Part shown: in pieces, positions 61,830-64,000 of the stretch
How positions within the stretch are numbered: the first letter of the stretch is position 1
Layout of the letters: each line of letters begins with the position of its first letter
Assembly: GCA_973895155.1 (NCBI GenBank)
Contig: OZ316893.1
Coordinates: forward strand, 18,445,836 to 18,509,835
Direction of reading: 5' to 3'
Length of the DNA stretch: 64,000 bases
Source: Marsupella aquatica
Taxonomy: Eukaryota; Plantae; Marchantiophyta
The notes under the pieces: model-generated
Seen by the model: the letters and a program-made list of their open reading frames with translations, nothing else
The model's database searches: none
Told to the model about the DNA's origin: nothing
Position numbers and translations under genes: made by a program

Positions 61830-64000
61830 AAAGAAACAAACAGAGTTAAAGTTGAAGGATAAAAAGACAAAAGAGGAATAAAACAAGTGAAAGTTGAAGC
61901 TTAGGCTTAAGGGATATGAGACATTTAATGTGGAAGTGACATGTGGTGGCCTGGGGGGGATTCGAATTCATAAGGTCATGTTGAAGATGGCAGTTAGAAG
62001 CGTGGAGGACGTTAGAAGGATTCACAGAAAGGAGTTGACGGGAACAGATCAAAGAGGACTTCAGGATCGTGGAGGATATGGTGAAGAGGAGTTTTTGAGC
62101 AAGAAGGAAGGGAACAGAAGGAATGATCGCGAGGAGTTTTGAATGAACGAGGGGACGATCGGGCGAGGATAAGCAATTGGAGTGAACCAAGTGAAGAAGG
62201 GAATAAGGATGACGGGGAGAGAGAGTTCATAGAAAGTTGATGTCGAGAGAGAGAGGTGTGCGCTCGGGAGTTCAGAGGAAAAGGGGGAGATGAATTCGAC
62301 CAAGTAGTGGACAGGGATTAAAAAACTTCATGGAGAAATGCTGATGCGCGCAATCTGAATTCAGAGCTTTCGAGTAAAGGGGACTTCAGGATCGAAGAGG
62401 AATGGAAGACAGCCGGTTGTGAGCAGGGGGTTGTGGTTGCTGTTAATCTCGTCTTTGGATGAACAGGGCGATGTGGCTTCAGGTGATAGGGAATGGAGGC
62501 AGTCGATAAGTGTTCAGGTGAAGAAGGGGATAGGGAGGATGGGAGAAAGAGGGCACAAAAAGTTGATGTCAAGAGAGAGAACGCTATGGAGAGCTCGTAA
62601 GGGAGAAAGGAGAAGACAGCAGAAGACTCGAACCAGTAGTAAGAAAAGTTGAAAGGAGGTTGAGGCGCACTTGAAAGCTTGAGGAAAAGGGAGAGATGCA
62701 GCGGAGGTGTGGATGATAATTTGGAGTTCTTGGAAAAAAAAAAACAGCGAAGCTTAGGAGAAGAGTTCGCGTGGTGCAGAGGAACGAAGCTGGTTGCGTT
62801 AGGGAATCCAGAGAAGAACGATGGCCGGCTGAAAGAGGTTGAATGATATAGCAGAATTGAATTTTTTCTGCCCGTTTTCTAATGGAAGCTGATGGTCGAT
62901 AGTATTTTGGTTGAGAGGAGAGGGAAGCGCTTGAAGGTGGACAGTAAAATCAATAGGGAGTGGCATACTGGTGACTTGAAGCGACGCGGATATGGGGAGA
63001 AATTCACGGGCGGAAATTGGGGAAAGAGAAATGAGGAAAGGCATAGACGTGATGAAGGTCGAACAGAATGGAGTAAGGAAGCTCAAACAAAAAGAAGAGA
63101 GAAAAGAGTGACATTCCATCGATTCTTACGAGTTGCAGAAAAAGAAGCCAAAAGACAAAAACAAATGTAAATAAAAGTTCATAACGACATTATTGAGAGG
63201 AGATCTGTGATAGAAACCGGTACTGAGGAACAAGCAAAAGTGAAAGAGACTTAGCGAGAGCTTCAATGAACGACCAAAGAAGGGACAGAATTCAGGCAAA
63301 AGAAAACGATGAAGTTTGCAGGATGGATAACGAAAACGGCCTTGATTGCTACCATCTGAATCAGAATTAAAAGCTGAAGAGAAACCTTAATTTCACGAGA
63401 TCCTGTAGAAAGAGTTGTTCTGAGTCTGAAAGAAGTAACCGAGACGACGGAAAGCTACATGCGTAAAAGAGGTTTGCGTGATCTCTTGACTGAAGAAAAT
63501 GATGGCGAAGTCCATGTGATGAAAAGCAAGTGAAAAGAGGAGCCTTGAATGCTGCCGAAGGAGTGATAGACTGTAAAAGTGAAAAATGCAAATAAATAGA
63601 GGAACTCTGCTGCTAGCAAAGACATGGGTGAGGAGGCTAAGCTTGATTTGGTTTGAGAGAAGTGGTTGTACCCGGGAAAGCAGTTTTGGGGACAGTCCAT
63701 GGAAGTACATGTTTGAGATAGAAATGGGCTGAAGTTCTAAAGAAATCGGGGAAACCTTTCTAAAGGAAACTGTGAAGGTTTGTTCAGGGAAGAAAGAAGT
63801 GAGAAATGGAGGCCTGAAGCAATGGATTAAATTTAATTGTCATGGACCAAGAAGAAGGAGTGATTTTCCATGAGATTAACTAAGAAGTTTCAGCTGGAAG
63901 TGTGGATTACTTGTAAATCTTTGCATCTGATGTTGTGGAATTTTAAAGAGGATTGTAAGTTAATTGAGTTGCATTCATTTAGTGAGTGGAATCCGGTGAT
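61830..64000. repeat. Purine-rich dispersed repeat unit, copy 3 (runs off the window)
   Basis: Left block matches 1726-1830; 62335-62400 matches 2220-2285; the window ends in FSEWNPV. Confidence 0.7.

Overview
Eukaryotic, transposon-dominated window, most likely from a moss (a moss-type PLS-PPR fragment, a plant DRP1 and a tRNA-iMet-primed Copia point that way; the taxon is inferred). It holds one clearly intact host gene, an intronless dynamin-related protein 1 (45094-46929, minus). There are eight pieces of one young RTEX-like LINE family with (CATTAC)n tails and 181-bp 5' monomers: two full-length, one ORF2-deleted, five 5'-truncated. Also present are a gag-less Copia nested in a LINE, three MITE-like elements, pogo/BRCT/PPR relics and three diverged copies of a purine-rich ~2.3-kb unit with a conserved overlapping ORF pair. 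The most interesting structure is ~10.5-36.8 kb. A Mutator-type (SWIM) transposase remnant is followed by two oppositely oriented, paralogous multi-gene cassettes (an unrecognised zinc-finger gene with a conserved intron, an FCP1/HAD-like domain in one cassette, a Tnp1/EnSpm-like domain). This zone is studded with an 11-bp motif, ATCAYRGTATG (19 exact hits found by eye), carried by the four main local tandem duplications and by a long hairpin. The layout recalls the VANDAL/VANC sequence-specific anti-silencing system of Arabidopsis MULEs. All alignments and counts were made by eye; no database searches were run.
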